A stretch of 23,861 nt of DNA from a bacterium (GTDB taxonomy: Bacteria; UBA8248): contig CBDATS010000011.1 of NCBI GenBank assembly GCA_965200245.1, positions 1 to 23,861 of the forward strand, in the 5' to 3' direction. The notes under the pieces are model-generated. The model was not told the DNA's origin. It saw only the letters and a list, made by a program, of their open reading frames with translations, and did no database searches. This document shows, piece by piece, positions 1 to 9,778 of this stretch (position 1 is the stretch's first letter; every line of letters starts with the position of its first letter). The translations under genes were made by a program, and so were the position numbers.

Positions 1-336
1 ACCGTCGAGATAGACATATGGGTGCCTGCCTTTGATCGGCGCATTGCGCCAGGCCTCGATCCTGTCATAGATCTTCTTGTTGAGGCTCGACACCGTCGAA
101 GGGGATGCTTTCACGTCCCACAGAGCTTCGGTGATATCCTCGACACGGCGCGTCGAAACACCTGCCAGGTACATCTCGATTATGGCTTCTTCGACGCTGC
201 TCTCACGGCGGCGATAGCGTTCAATGACGGCTGTCTCGAAGGTTGTGCGGCGAAGCTTCGGAACCTTCAGTCTGACCTCGCCCGCCTTGGTGTGGAGCTT
301 GCGGTCATAACCGCCCGTGCGGGTGTCCCTGCGCAC
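1..336 (-). pseudogene. IS256 (Mutator) family transposase fragment, N-terminally truncated, continues past the left edge
   Basis: Manual minus-strand translation gives VRRDTRTGGYDRKLHTKAGEVRLKVPKLRRTTFETAVIERYRRRESSVEEAIIEMYLAGVSTRRVEDITEALWDVKASPSTVSSLNKKIYDRIEAWRNAPIKGRHPYVYLDG. This is typical IS256 sequence (EMYLAGVSxRRVEDITE; YVYLDG carries the first catalytic Asp). Similarity stops at about 336-345. Not in the ORF track. Confidence 0.88.
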
Positions 337-512
337 TCCCGCTTGCCTCGAAAAAAGCCGAAAGCCGAAAAAAGGCGTCAAACCGGCTCCAGCACGGCGA
401 ATTAGGACGAATCCCGACCCTTCAAGCCCGTGATCAGGGCCAGGGCGGCCGCCGACAACCGGACCGGAGCTCCAAATTCCAGCATCGTCAAGGAATTCTG
501 CAAGAGGCTCTA
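337..512 (+). mobile_element. Possible right-end remnant of a second IS (IS5/IS1182-like)
   Basis: GC-rich segment with a basic peptide tail (RLPRKKPKAEKRRQ...stop at 405). It ends in GAATTCTGCAAGAGGCTC-TAA (493-513), which resembles IS5/IS1182-type terminal repeats, and is followed by an abrupt shift to AT-rich DNA. No matching left end is visible. Confidence 0.3.
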
Positions 513-570
513 AATTGTTGAATTGAGTTCATTCGTGTTTGGGCAACGATTTCTGTCGTTCCAAAATTAT

Positions 571-2535
571 TCACGCCGCTTCTTCTGCAGAATGAATTTC
601 AGTTTTCACATACTGCTTAAAGTCATTAACAGTTAAGAAACATCGAAAGCCAGCTCGGTTTGCAAGGACAAACACGTCATTGGGCTCATTGATCAAAACC
701 GCAACGGGTTGAGTTAGTCCCTGCTGAATGCCAAGTGGCCACGCTAAATCGAATACTGCACGTTGCTCGCCCGTATTGGGGTCGGCGAAGTCATATGAAA
801 TAATTCCGGTCGGCAGGCCGTAATCTTTCATCCAAGCGTTAAGTGCCAAGATCTGCTTCTCTTCCTCCTTCTCACCTAAGTTACTTTCTGAGACTGGCAT
901 GGCAGTGGAAACAGAAGTTGTCGGCTTATCTTCAAGCCAATGTGCGTCTCCATGTAAAAGCTCTGCCATCCGCCTGTTCATTTCCTCGGCCAAAAGCACC
1001 TTGCGGGCTTCGAGGAAGTCCCGATAGTTTTCGATCTTCCAAAGCTCTGGATCATTCGGAATCCATTGTGAAGCTAGCACGTGGTCCGTTGGATACGCCG
1101 TTTCAACTTCTCGAAAATACTCGGAAGGTAATCGATCGCTGATTGTGAGGTTTGTTTCCTTTGTTAAGAAGCAGTAATTGGCAAGTGCGTTAACCTCCGG
1201 TCGTTTGAACCCATGTTTGTAGAGCTGAGCTCTTGGGAAAATATGATGGACTTCCAGCTGACTCATCCTGCCAAGTAGGCTGGCTTTAAGCACAAGACCG
1301 GTCCCAAAGTCCTTAGCCGCACCCATTCGGGTCAGGAGATATAGGACAGGGTAGAACCGAGCACCGGTGCTCCAGCCAGTGAAATGATCGGGTTCAACAC
1401 GAAACCCACTGCGCCAAAGCCGAAGCTGATCGAGAAGTTTGTCAAGTCCCCCGCTTTCTCCTTCAAGTGCAGCAAGATCCTGATCGATTACGGATTCTGT
1501 GGAGCCAGAGAAACGTCCCCACATGCCGGCTTGGACATACCAAAATAGGAGCTTGTCGGTTTCCAACTCATTAATCGGGCCGCTGCGTTTGTCGAGGTAA
1601 CGTACCATAACCGGAATCGCGTAGCGTCCAAAAAGCACGCGATCATGATCTAGACCGAGCCGCCCGCCAATCATGTTTAGGCAGGTGTCGATATGCTTGG
1701 AGGCGCATAGTAAACCATCCTGAATCTCTTCTGAGTTCTTATCGTGCAGAAATTGAAACTTTGCCTCACCGGTCAGGACGGAGTTTACCGAGCGCAGCAG
1801 CCAGTCAAGACTAAAACGGTAACCAGCATCATTCCACTCATTCAGTTTGGCTTTCATGATGATACGGGCTTCTGGCCATTCAGCACAAATTTTGGCCAGT
1901 GCTAAATCACCTTTGGAGAGCTTGGTGCCACCGCTATTTAAGCGATTGAAGATATCAACGATGGTATCGATGGTCATAGCCGCTCCGGTCACCTCTTCGA
2001 TATGAAGATCCACATCCATTATGCCGAGGAGTCTACTGAGGCGTCCGGTATAGTCGCCGAGCATTGGTGCAAGCTTGTCATCGGACATAATCGAGGAAAC
2101 GAACCCACCAAGACCATTCATTCCTTGCTGCATTAAATCTGTGACATCGATCCAAAGTGGGTCATCACGCATCTTGAGCGGTTGATAGAATGAGAAGATC
2201 TCGTCCTGCAAATGAAAGCGAAGACCTGTGAAAGTCCGCTCTTTACCGTCAAAAAAATTTGGTGGTTTACCCCGCACCACACCATACAGCGACGTCATTC
2301 GCTGTTGTCCATCAAGCAATAGCTTCACCACACCGGCCGCGAGCTTTCCGTCACCACGATGTGCTGCATCCTTCGATTCTGTTGCCCAAACAAGGAGGCC
2401 ACCGACGGGATGGCGCTTATATAATGAATCAAAGAGTCCACGGACTTGATCGCGATTCCAAACATACCCCCTCTGAAATTCTGGCAGGGCCATATGTCCG
2501 CTATCAATGTGATCAAGAATTGTTGAAATCTTCAT
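571..2535 (-). CDS. GmrSD-family (DUF262 + DUF1524/HNH) putative modification-dependent type IV restriction endonuclease with extra C-terminal domain
   Basis: N-terminal DUF262 motifs LPEFQRGYVW, LLLDGQQRMTSL and IFNRLNSGGTKLS; C-terminal HNH-like LEVHHIFP...NALANYCFLTKETN. The ORF is open to 2670, but the family-like N-terminus begins at MKISTIL (ATG at 2535), so the start is uncertain. Confidence 0.85.
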   Translation of the reverse strand: MKISTILDHIDSGHMALPEFQRGYVWNRDQVRGLFDSLYKRHPVGGLLVWATESKDAAHRGDGKLAAGVVKLLLDGQQRMTSLYGVVRGKPPNFFDGKERTFTGLRFHLQDEIFSFYQPLKMRDDPLWIDVTDLMQQGMNGLGGFVSSIMSDDKLAPMLGDYTGRLSRLLGIMDVDLHIEEVTGAAMTIDTIVDIFNRLNSGGTKLSKGDLALAKICAEWPEARIIMKAKLNEWNDAGYRFSLDWLLRSVNSVLTGEAKFQFLHDKNSEEIQDGLLCASKHIDTCLNMIGGRLGLDHDRVLFGRYAIPVMVRYLDKRSGPINELETDKLLFWYVQAGMWGRFSGSTESVIDQDLAALEGESGGLDKLLDQLRLWRSGFRVEPDHFTGWSTGARFYPVLYLLTRMGAAKDFGTGLVLKASLLGRMSQLEVHHIFPRAQLYKHGFKRPEVNALANYCFLTKETNLTISDRLPSEYFREVETAYPTDHVLASQWIPNDPELWKIENYRDFLEARKVLLAEEMNRRMAELLHGDAHWLEDKPTTSVSTAMPVSESNLGEKEEEKQILALNAWMKDYGLPTGIISYDFADPNTGEQRAVFDLAWPLGIQQGLTQPVAVLINEPNDVFVLANRAGFRCFLTVNDFKQYVKTEIHSAEEAA

Positions 2536-2716
2536 GCCAGTCGTGCTTTTCCGCATATTAATGTCAGCATTATGACCTCTTTGATTTGACACGTTTTGTC
2601 CAGCATTTTTCAACGCCAATGAAATTGAGTGGGAATTATGAAGAAAAGCTCCTAAAGCACCTTCCGGCATCTTCTCCTGTGCTCATAGATTTCCAAAATA
2701 CCCATGGTGAATTCTC

Positions 2717-4399
2717 ATGAACCGATCAAATTCTCCGTTAAGGCATGGCGGACGCATTCTTGCCGATCAGTTGGTGCTGAATAACGTTTCACGCGTTTAT
2801 TCTGTTCCCGGTGAGAGCTATTTGGCGCTGCTGGACGGACTCTTGGACACCGACATTCAAAATGTTGTGTGCCGCCACGAAGGCGGTGCATCCATGATGG
2901 CGGAAGCAAGCGGCAAAATGACCGGAGCACCGGGCGTGGCGTTAGTTACAAGAGGACCGGGGGCAACGAACGCCGCCTGTGGTGTTCATGTCGCACACCA
3001 CGATTCAACCCCGATGCTGCTGCTGGTAGGACAGGTTGCGCGACCACATCTTGGAAGGGAAGCATTTCAAGAAATCGACATACCGCGGACTTTCAACCCG
3101 CTGGCAAAGTGGACAGCTGAAATCCACGAAACGGAACGCATTCCCGAATACATATCACGGGCATTTCAGACCGCCATGTCAGGACGTCCCGGCCCGGTGG
3201 TTCTCTCGCTTCCCGAAGATATGCTTCACGAAATTCAGACCGTGTCAAATGCAAATCCTGTAACGCTGGCGCGTCAGGAAATTTCCAATGAAACGGCAGC
3301 CGCTGTCGCAAAACGCATTGCCGACTCTGAACAACCAATTGCCATCGTCGGCGGTTCAATATGGTCAGACACGACAGCGGCTGACCTAGCGGCTGTATCC
3401 GAAAGATTTGACCTCCCCGTTGTCTCCAGTTTCCGACGGCAGCACTACTTTGACAACCGTCATCCAAATTACGTAGGCGACTTATCGCCGGGGGCAAACC
3501 CCAAACTGATTTCCGCCATTCAAAAATCCGACTGCGTCTTGCTCTTGGGAGGACGATTGAGCGATATGTCCAGCCAAGGCTACACTGTGCCAGGCACCCC
3601 TGCAGAAGCTCGATTGGCGGTTCATATTCATCCGGCCAGCCAAGAACTCGGCAAGCTATGGACAGCCGACCTTGCTGTTGCCGCTGCGCCGGGCACTCTA
3701 TTGGCTTGCTTAGTTAGTGAACGGCCAAAACGGTGTGAGCGTCGTGCTGCTTGGCTGGATTCTTGTCGACAAATGCATTCTCTGTGGAGACAACCAACCC
3801 GATTGCCCGGACAAGTTCAGTTTTCGCAAATCATTCAGTGGCTTTCGGAGAATCTGCCCAATGATTCGATTATCACCAATGGCGCGGGCAATTACTCCGC
3901 ATTCCTGCACCGATACTTTATCTTCAAAGAATTTGGAACACAGATTGCTTCGACATCCGGCTCTATGGGCTACGGCCTACCCGCTGCGATTGCCGCGAAG
4001 CTGACCTATCCCAACCGTACGGTTGTTTGTTTTGCTGGTGATGGATGCTTTCAAATGACTCTCAACGAGATGGCAACTGCGATACAGCACAAAGCCAATG
4101 TCATCTGCATAATCGCGAACAACGGAACCTACGGCACCATCAGAATGCATCAAGAATCAAACTTTCCAAACCGTGTGTCAGGAACAGAGCTAATCAATCC
4201 GGATTTTGCCGCGCTCGCAAGGTCATTTGGCGGCCATGGCGAAACGGTTAAGCATACCGAGGATTTTCCAAATGCATTCCGGCGTGCTGCAGCAGCTGAC
4301 TGTCCGTCTGTGATCGATATCCATCTTGACAAAGCAGCAATTTCAACGACCCGAACTCTTGATGAAGTTCGTTCACAGAAAGGCGCAGCTACTACTTGA
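2717..4399 (+). CDS. Thiamine diphosphate-dependent enzyme, acetolactate synthase large-subunit-like (substrate unknown)
   Basis: 560 aa; VPGESYL, RHEGGASMMAEA, TRGPGATN, GSMGYGLPAA and the ThDP-binding motif GDG...NN (FAGDGCFQM...IANNGTYGTIRMHQE). No small-subunit gene is adjacent. Confidence 0.9.
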   Translation: MNRSNSPLRHGGRILADQLVLNNVSRVYSVPGESYLALLDGLLDTDIQNVVCRHEGGASMMAEASGKMTGAPGVALVTRGPGATNAACGVHVAHHDSTPMLLLVGQVARPHLGREAFQEIDIPRTFNPLAKWTAEIHETERIPEYISRAFQTAMSGRPGPVVLSLPEDMLHEIQTVSNANPVTLARQEISNETAAAVAKRIADSEQPIAIVGGSIWSDTTAADLAAVSERFDLPVVSSFRRQHYFDNRHPNYVGDLSPGANPKLISAIQKSDCVLLLGGRLSDMSSQGYTVPGTPAEARLAVHIHPASQELGKLWTADLAVAAAPGTLLACLVSERPKRCERRAAWLDSCRQMHSLWRQPTRLPGQVQFSQIIQWLSENLPNDSIITNGAGNYSAFLHRYFIFKEFGTQIASTSGSMGYGLPAAIAAKLTYPNRTVVCFAGDGCFQMTLNEMATAIQHKANVICIIANNGTYGTIRMHQESNFPNRVSGTELINPDFAALARSFGGHGETVKHTEDFPNAFRRAAAADCPSVIDIHLDKAAISTTRTLDEVRSQKGAATT

Positions 4400-4420
4400 C
4401 GGTATCATGTGCTCAACAGT

Positions 4421-4477
4421 TAGGGCTGAATTCTGCCATCATCCGGACTATAGGGCTGCGAATTCTCTGCCCATCAT
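4421..4477. repeat. Imperfect tandem direct repeat in convergent intergenic region
   Basis: TAGGGCTGAATTCTGCCATCAT (4421-4442) and TAGGGCTGCGAATTCTCTGCCCATCAT (4451-4477). Confidence 0.6.
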
Positions 4478-4532
4478 GATGCTTCTTCAACCGGACCGTT
4501 AACAGATTCACAGAACTAATCCATCTGAAGAA

Positions 4533-5432
4533 TCATGGATCGGTGTAGCGAGCCGCGAAACCTGTTTGCTGTTCAATAACTTGAAAAAGTGAGCAAAGGT
4601 CGCAGTCTCCAAACCCATTTGCGATCGCCTCGGTCAACGCTGACTGTGTTGCATTTCCGATTATCGGAATCATACCAAGTTCGGTCATCATTTGAAGAGC
4701 CAGACGCTGGTCTTTCTGCGCAAGTTTCATTTTGAATCCCGCGTCAAAATTTCCTGAAAAGGCTTTTGTCGACATGGCTCGCGACATGTTTGCATTGGCG
4801 GCATTGGTCGATCCCAAAACCTCTAACATAAGCTCAAGCGTCAATCCATGCCCTATTCCACCGGTGAGAGCTTCCGCAATCAGCGCCAGGGTTCCTTGAT
4901 TGATGTAGTTGTTGACGAGTTTCATTGCGGAACCTGTTCCGTTCGAACCGCAATGCGTAATCCGTTTTGCGAATGCCGCGAGTATGGGTTTGATTTCTAC
5001 GAAGAGATCGAGTTCACAACCAACCATAACAGCCGAATTTCCCTGCCAGGCATCTTCTACGCTTCGGGCAACCGGCGCGTCCGCGACACGAACACCTTTT
5101 TGCGAAAAGTGCCGGTGAAGCTCGCGACTAGTCGCAGGATCGACCGTGCTCAAATCAATGTAAATCGCATCGCATCGAATCGACTTGGTCAATGCAGCGG
5201 AACCTGAAATAGCCGCCTCCAAGACTTCCGGTCTGTCTGGCACCATTGTCATGACAACGTCAGCATCGGCAGCCGCATCTGCTGGTGAGCTCGCCGCCTC
5301 GTATCCCTTGGCTATAAGTCTGTTCAAAGCAGTTTCGAAAATATCATAGCCAACAATGTGATAACCGGCTTTTCCCAATCGGACCGCGATTGGAAAACCC
5401 ATTTGTCCAAGTCCGATGAAGGCGATCTTCAA
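4533..5432 (-). CDS. NAD(P)-dependent beta-hydroxyacid dehydrogenase/reductase (3-hydroxyisobutyrate dehydrogenase family, YihU/sulfolactaldehyde reductase-like)
   Basis: Rossmann motif IAFIGLGQMG, substrate loop DAPVARS, catalytic Lys motif MKLVNNY, and AQKD. TTG start preceded by a GAGGAG RBS. Confidence 0.88.
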   Translation of the reverse strand: MKIAFIGLGQMGFPIAVRLGKAGYHIVGYDIFETALNRLIAKGYEAASSPADAAADADVVMTMVPDRPEVLEAAISGSAALTKSIRCDAIYIDLSTVDPATSRELHRHFSQKGVRVADAPVARSVEDAWQGNSAVMVGCELDLFVEIKPILAAFAKRITHCGSNGTGSAMKLVNNYINQGTLALIAEALTGGIGHGLTLELMLEVLGSTNAANANMSRAMSTKAFSGNFDAGFKMKLAQKDQRLALQMMTELGMIPIIGNATQSALTEAIANGFGDCDLCSLFQVIEQQTGFAARYTDP

Positions 5433-5467
5433 TGCAGTCTCCTCGGGTTTGTTATTCCGCTGACGGA

Positions 5468-6574
5468 TTAATTGACGCGGCGGCCTTGCTCATCGAAGAG
5501 GTGCATCTTTTCGGCATCAATGTGAACCGCGACAAAATCACCCTCCGAAAATTTCGTCAATCCGCTCTCTCGGACGATGATTGGTTGTTCAGCGTCACCG
5601 GTATCAAGGTAAATTAGCGACGCTTCTCCGAGCGCTTCAGTATGAGTTACCTTCAAAGCACCCGGCGCATTTGGTTTCGCGACCTCAAGTGATGTGTGCT
5701 CAGGACGAAAACCAAGCGCGGCAGGCGGAGTAACGGGCGCAGTTCGAGGTCCGGAAAAATTGAGTCCCAACCCATCTCGGGATTCAATGGACGCGGAGTT
5801 TCCTTCACCCGTCATTTTGACATCTATGATGTTCATCTGCGGTGATCCAATGAACTGAGCGGCAAATTGGGTCAAGGGACGATCATAAAGCTCTAGCGGT
5901 TTACCGAACTGCGCCACACTTCCGAATTTCTCGATGTCCGATCCAGTGTTGAGTAGGACGATTTTGTCCGCGAGGGTCATCGCTTCGATTTGATCATGTG
6001 TGACATAAATCATGCCCGCGTTGCCAAACGACTTATGCAGCTTGGCGATTTCCACGCGAGTCTTGCTTCTGAGTTTTGCATCGAGATTGGATAATGGCTC
6101 ATCAAACAAAAATACCCGCGGCTTGCGCACGATCGCTCGGCCTATGGCGACCCTCTGACGCTGGCCGCCGGAAAGCGCCTTTGGACGGCGGTCAAGAAGT
6201 TCTGTCAGGTGCAGAATTTCGGCGGCATGCCGCACCTCCTGCTCGATGACATCAGTGGGTAACTTTGCAAGTTTAAGCGCGAATGCCATGTTCTCGTAGA
6301 CAGTCTTATGCGGATAGAGTGCATAAGACTGGAACACCATCGAGATACCGCGCTTGGACGAGGGTGTTTCGTTCAACAGATCATCCCCAATATAGAGATT
6401 TCCGTCGGTTATTTCCTCGAGTCCGGCGATCATGCGAAGAAGCGTGGATTTGCCGCAGCCCGAAGGACCAAGAAAAACGCAGAATTCTCCATCCGCAATC
6501 TCAAGATTCACATCTTTCAGAACGCGGATATCTCCAAAGAATTTCTGTATGTTTTCCAGTCTAACACCTGCCAT
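5468..6574 (-). CDS. Carbohydrate ABC transporter ATP-binding protein (MalK/UgpC family)
   Basis: Walker A GPSGCGKST, Q-loop MVFQSYALYPH, signature LSGGQRQRVA, Walker B FLFDEPLSNLD, H-loop YVTHDQ, C-terminal TOBE-like region. Confidence 0.95.
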   Translation of the reverse strand: MAGVRLENIQKFFGDIRVLKDVNLEIADGEFCVFLGPSGCGKSTLLRMIAGLEEITDGNLYIGDDLLNETPSSKRGISMVFQSYALYPHKTVYENMAFALKLAKLPTDVIEQEVRHAAEILHLTELLDRRPKALSGGQRQRVAIGRAIVRKPRVFLFDEPLSNLDAKLRSKTRVEIAKLHKSFGNAGMIYVTHDQIEAMTLADKIVLLNTGSDIEKFGSVAQFGKPLELYDRPLTQFAAQFIGSPQMNIIDVKMTGEGNSASIESRDGLGLNFSGPRTAPVTPPAALGFRPEHTSLEVAKPNAPGALKVTHTEALGEASLIYLDTGDAEQPIIVRESGLTKFSEGDFVAVHIDAEKMHLFDEQGRRVN

Positions 6575-6595
6575 GATGGATTCCTGCGTATATCC

Positions 6596-7408
6596 TTAGC
6601 CTTTCACCGCGCCTGTCAAAGCATTGACCAATCGACGCTGAAAAAGAAGCGCGGCGATCATAACCGGAAGCATAGCGACGGTTCCAAATGCCATCACGTT
6701 TCCATAATGAATGCCTTCGTCTGATTTGAAGTTCAGTGCTGCCACGGTGAGCGTGCGAGTTTGGGAACCAGTCGCAATAAACGCGAACGGGAATTCGTTC
6801 CACGAGGAGAGCAAACAGAAAATCCCTGCCGCGGCGATTCCCCCTTTCACAAGTGGCAACGCGACCATATAGAACACCTGCCACTGAGTGCAGCCATCGA
6901 TTTTCGCCGCCTCTTCGACTTCGATCGGCAAATCGCGAAAGAACCCCAGCATCAGCCACAGCACAAAGGGCATATTGAATGCCGCGTGAAGAAAGATTAG
7001 CCCGAAATAGGTGTCGCTCAGCCCTATGCCACGAACAAACAAAAAAAGCGGTGTCATAACCGCAATCGGTGGCACCATCCTGATGACAAATACTGACATA
7101 GCCGTGAAATTGCCGGCCAAATGATATCGCGCGACGGCGTAAGCCGCGATTGTTCCGAGTGCGACCGAAACAATCATGCTGATCACTCCCACGACTACTG
7201 AATTCCACAAATAGGTGGAATATGGCCCGAGCAGGAATACTTCCTTGTAGTTGTCGAGAGTTGGCGCGAAGATCCATTTCGTCGGTTTCGCGAGAATCTC
7301 GGGAAGTGGCTTCAGCGAAATGTTGAACATCATGATGATCGGCATCAACGTGAAAATTATCACGGCAATCATCGCTGCATTTATTAGAATCTTCTTCCAG
7401 ACCGCCAT
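6596..7408 (-). CDS. Carbohydrate ABC transporter permease (MalG-like)
   Basis: Hydrophobic segments with the EAA loop EEAAKIDGC and WNEF motif. The start is placed at MAVWKK (7408), just after the stop of the preceding permease; the ORF track extends to 7441. Confidence 0.92.
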   Translation of the reverse strand: MAVWKKILINAAMIAVIIFTLMPIIMMFNISLKPLPEILAKPTKWIFAPTLDNYKEVFLLGPYSTYLWNSVVVGVISMIVSVALGTIAAYAVARYHLAGNFTAMSVFVIRMVPPIAVMTPLFLFVRGIGLSDTYFGLIFLHAAFNMPFVLWLMLGFFRDLPIEVEEAAKIDGCTQWQVFYMVALPLVKGGIAAAGIFCLLSSWNEFPFAFIATGSQTRTLTVAALNFKSDEGIHYGNVMAFGTVAMLPVMIAALLFQRRLVNALTGAVKG

Positions 7409-7418
7409 CTCTACCGGC

Positions 7419-8372
7419 TCAGTACTTTGTCCGCAGAACACGCATATAAATTAACGCGACCACAAAAATGACGAGGAACGTTAAGAAAGATTGTGCCGAC
7501 GCGTCCCCCATGCGCCAAAATTTGAAGCCGGTGCGATAAACTTCCATTGACACAACGTTGGTCGCAATTCCCGGACCGCCTCCTGTCATGACCAAAATAA
7601 GTCCGAACACACGGTATGCATCAATTGTGTTAGTCAATAGCGTGACTAGAATGACGGGCTTGAGCATGGGAAGGGTTAGGCCCCAGAAAAGCTGAGTTTC
7701 AGTGGCGCCGTCAACTCGCGCCGCGTCGAAGGGGCCTTTCGGCAGAGCTTCAAGCCCGGCAAGTGTGAGCAGCACGACCAGCGGGGTCCATTGCCAAATG
7801 GATGCGATTGAAATCGAAAGCAAAGCGAGACCTGGGTCATTGAGCCAATTGACCGGGCCGATCCCAAACATTTCGAGAAACTGGTTTATAAATCCTAGAT
7901 CCGTGTCAAAGAGATATCCCCAGATCAGGCCGACGACGATGGGCGAGGCCATCAAGGGCATAATGATTATCGATCGGATCAGTGTCACGCCGTAAATTGA
8001 ACGGACATAGTCTGAGTGCAGCATCACCGCGATGGAAATGCCGACGACCATTTGCGTCGTGATTGTGATCAGAAGAAACTTAAATGTGATCCAAAGAGCT
8101 TGCCAATATGATCCATCGGAAAAGATATCAATGAAATTGCCAAAGCCTACCCACCTGCGCCCCTGATAGGGCTTTAGCGGATTGAAATCATAAAAGCTCA
8201 GATGAAGGGAATTGATGATCGGATAGATATAAACAACACCGATGAAAAAAATTGCTGGCGCGAGCAGAATTACGCCAAAGTAATTGTTTTTCAGATATTT
8301 CTTGATTGCGGACATCTTTTGCATCCGCTGCCGACTGCTCAGGGCCTTGGCCGGAATGGTCGCTCCGGCCAA
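7419..8372 (-). CDS. Carbohydrate ABC transporter permease (MalF-like)
   Basis: WVGFGNF, EAA-type loop DAARVDGAT, MTGGGPG, multiple transmembrane segments. The start could be a downstream ATG (e.g. 8315). Confidence 0.92.
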   Translation of the reverse strand: MAGATIPAKALSSRQRMQKMSAIKKYLKNNYFGVILLAPAIFFIGVVYIYPIINSLHLSFYDFNPLKPYQGRRWVGFGNFIDIFSDGSYWQALWITFKFLLITITTQMVVGISIAVMLHSDYVRSIYGVTLIRSIIIMPLMASPIVVGLIWGYLFDTDLGFINQFLEMFGIGPVNWLNDPGLALLSISIASIWQWTPLVVLLTLAGLEALPKGPFDAARVDGATETQLFWGLTLPMLKPVILVTLLTNTIDAYRVFGLILVMTGGGPGIATNVVSMEVYRTGFKFWRMGDASAQSFLTFLVIFVVALIYMRVLRTKY

Positions 8373-8399
8373 GTTTCGTCCCAGAAATTACAGGTGCGG

Positions 8400-9680
8400 T
8401 CAGTAGTAACCAGCATCTTCCATTATTTTTGTCATCTCCGCCGCAGCGTCGTCAAGAGCATCTTTGGCAGATTTCGATCCTGTAATTGCCTCTGAAATCG
8501 CAATACTCAGAACAAAGCTCAACTCATTGCCTTCCGGGATGGGAAAGAGAAGCTTCGCATTGTTAAGAACATCAAGAACATCGGGCAGTGCCGGAAACTT
8601 TGCGACGACTTCTGGATCCTGAAGTGAAGCCGTGTAAGCTCCTTGGCCCACATTCTTGGCAAGACGCAAATCATTAGTCTCATTCGTTGCCCATGCTAGG
8701 AACTCATATGCCGCCTCTTCATTGGAAGTGTTTCTCGGGATAACGAGGCCCCAGCCGCCGAGAATAGCGGTCGCGGTCGCAGGCGTCTCCTTCGAGCGAA
8801 GCGGGAAGCGCCCATATCCCATATTGGCAGCATGCGGATTCACGTCTGGATTGCCTAACCCGAGTGCGGCCACGGACTCGAATGTGGCCATAGCGATGCG
8901 TCCGTCTATCATCCCTGCTCGATTTTGGTCAATTGTGTAGCTGGCCACACCGTCCGGCGTAACTTTGTCATTGAGAATTAAATCGACCCAGAATTCGAGA
9001 GCCGCTACACCTTCGTCGCTATTGATTGTGATCCTTTTATCGGCATCCCAGACATCACCACCGGCGGCGAAGAGATAAGGAACCCAATTCAGGACATTCC
9101 AAGCGCCGGATGCCGCCGACATCGACATACCAGCTTGTTCATCGGTGTTCAGAGCATTCGCGGCGGCGCGGAGCTCATCCCAGGTTTCGGGCGGTGCGAG
9201 GCCCGCTTCATCCAAAAGGTCTTTGCGATAAAAAAACATCCTCGTGCCGGCGTTGATGGGCATCGAAAACTGCTTGCCATCGAATTTATGGGCATTCAGT
9301 GCGGCCTGCACCATTCCATCGAAGTTGATCTTGCCGCCATATTTTGAATCGAGCTCACCGATATCATGGACAAATCCACTCGCAGCATATCCCGGAACCC
9401 ATTCGATCACATCGGCTATGACATCGAATGATCCTGAACTCGCTGTCATTTCGAGAACGGAGCGTTCGGAGAGCACATCGTAACCGACCACGGTGAAATT
9501 CACTTTGATGCCTGATGCTTCGGTGAATTCGTCAATATTGCCTTGGATGACATCTTTGAAAGGATGCCCACCGAGCATCACATTGATTTCTTCGGCGTTA
9601 GCGTCACTCATAGGTAGCAAAGCTGCCATCAAGGCGCTTGCCACAATTTTTCCCGATAAGGATATCTTGGTAAAGTTCAT
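8400..9680 (-). CDS. Carbohydrate ABC transporter periplasmic solute-binding protein (family 1)
   Basis: N-terminal signal peptide (...LLPMSDANA/EE), FFYRKDLLDEAGLAPPETWDEL, LGGWGLVIP, AAYEFLAW; AGGGAG RBS; first gene of the operon. Confidence 0.93.
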   Translation of the reverse strand: MNFTKISLSGKIVASALMAALLPMSDANAEEINVMLGGHPFKDVIQGNIDEFTEASGIKVNFTVVGYDVLSERSVLEMTASSGSFDVIADVIEWVPGYAASGFVHDIGELDSKYGGKINFDGMVQAALNAHKFDGKQFSMPINAGTRMFFYRKDLLDEAGLAPPETWDELRAAANALNTDEQAGMSMSAASGAWNVLNWVPYLFAAGGDVWDADKRITINSDEGVAALEFWVDLILNDKVTPDGVASYTIDQNRAGMIDGRIAMATFESVAALGLGNPDVNPHAANMGYGRFPLRSKETPATATAILGGWGLVIPRNTSNEEAAYEFLAWATNETNDLRLAKNVGQGAYTASLQDPEVVAKFPALPDVLDVLNNAKLLFPIPEGNELSFVLSIAISEAITGSKSAKDALDDAAAEMTKIMEDAGYY

Positions 9681-9778
9681 TAGAAATTTTCTCCCTGTCA
9701 GCGTTGAATTTGGTCTCTACCTGAGCAGCCCCACTCGTGGAGTTTAACCTTTCGTAACATAAGAATTCAAAAATGGGA

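Noticed and set aside
22-405. 127-aa plus-strand ORF
   Set aside because: Antisense shadow of the IS256 transposase fragment running into the adjacent segment; no recognisable family.
2536-2670. 45-aa N-terminal extension of the GmrSD ORF
   Set aside because: Precedes the family-typical start and would leave only 46 bp for two divergent promoters; likely not translated.
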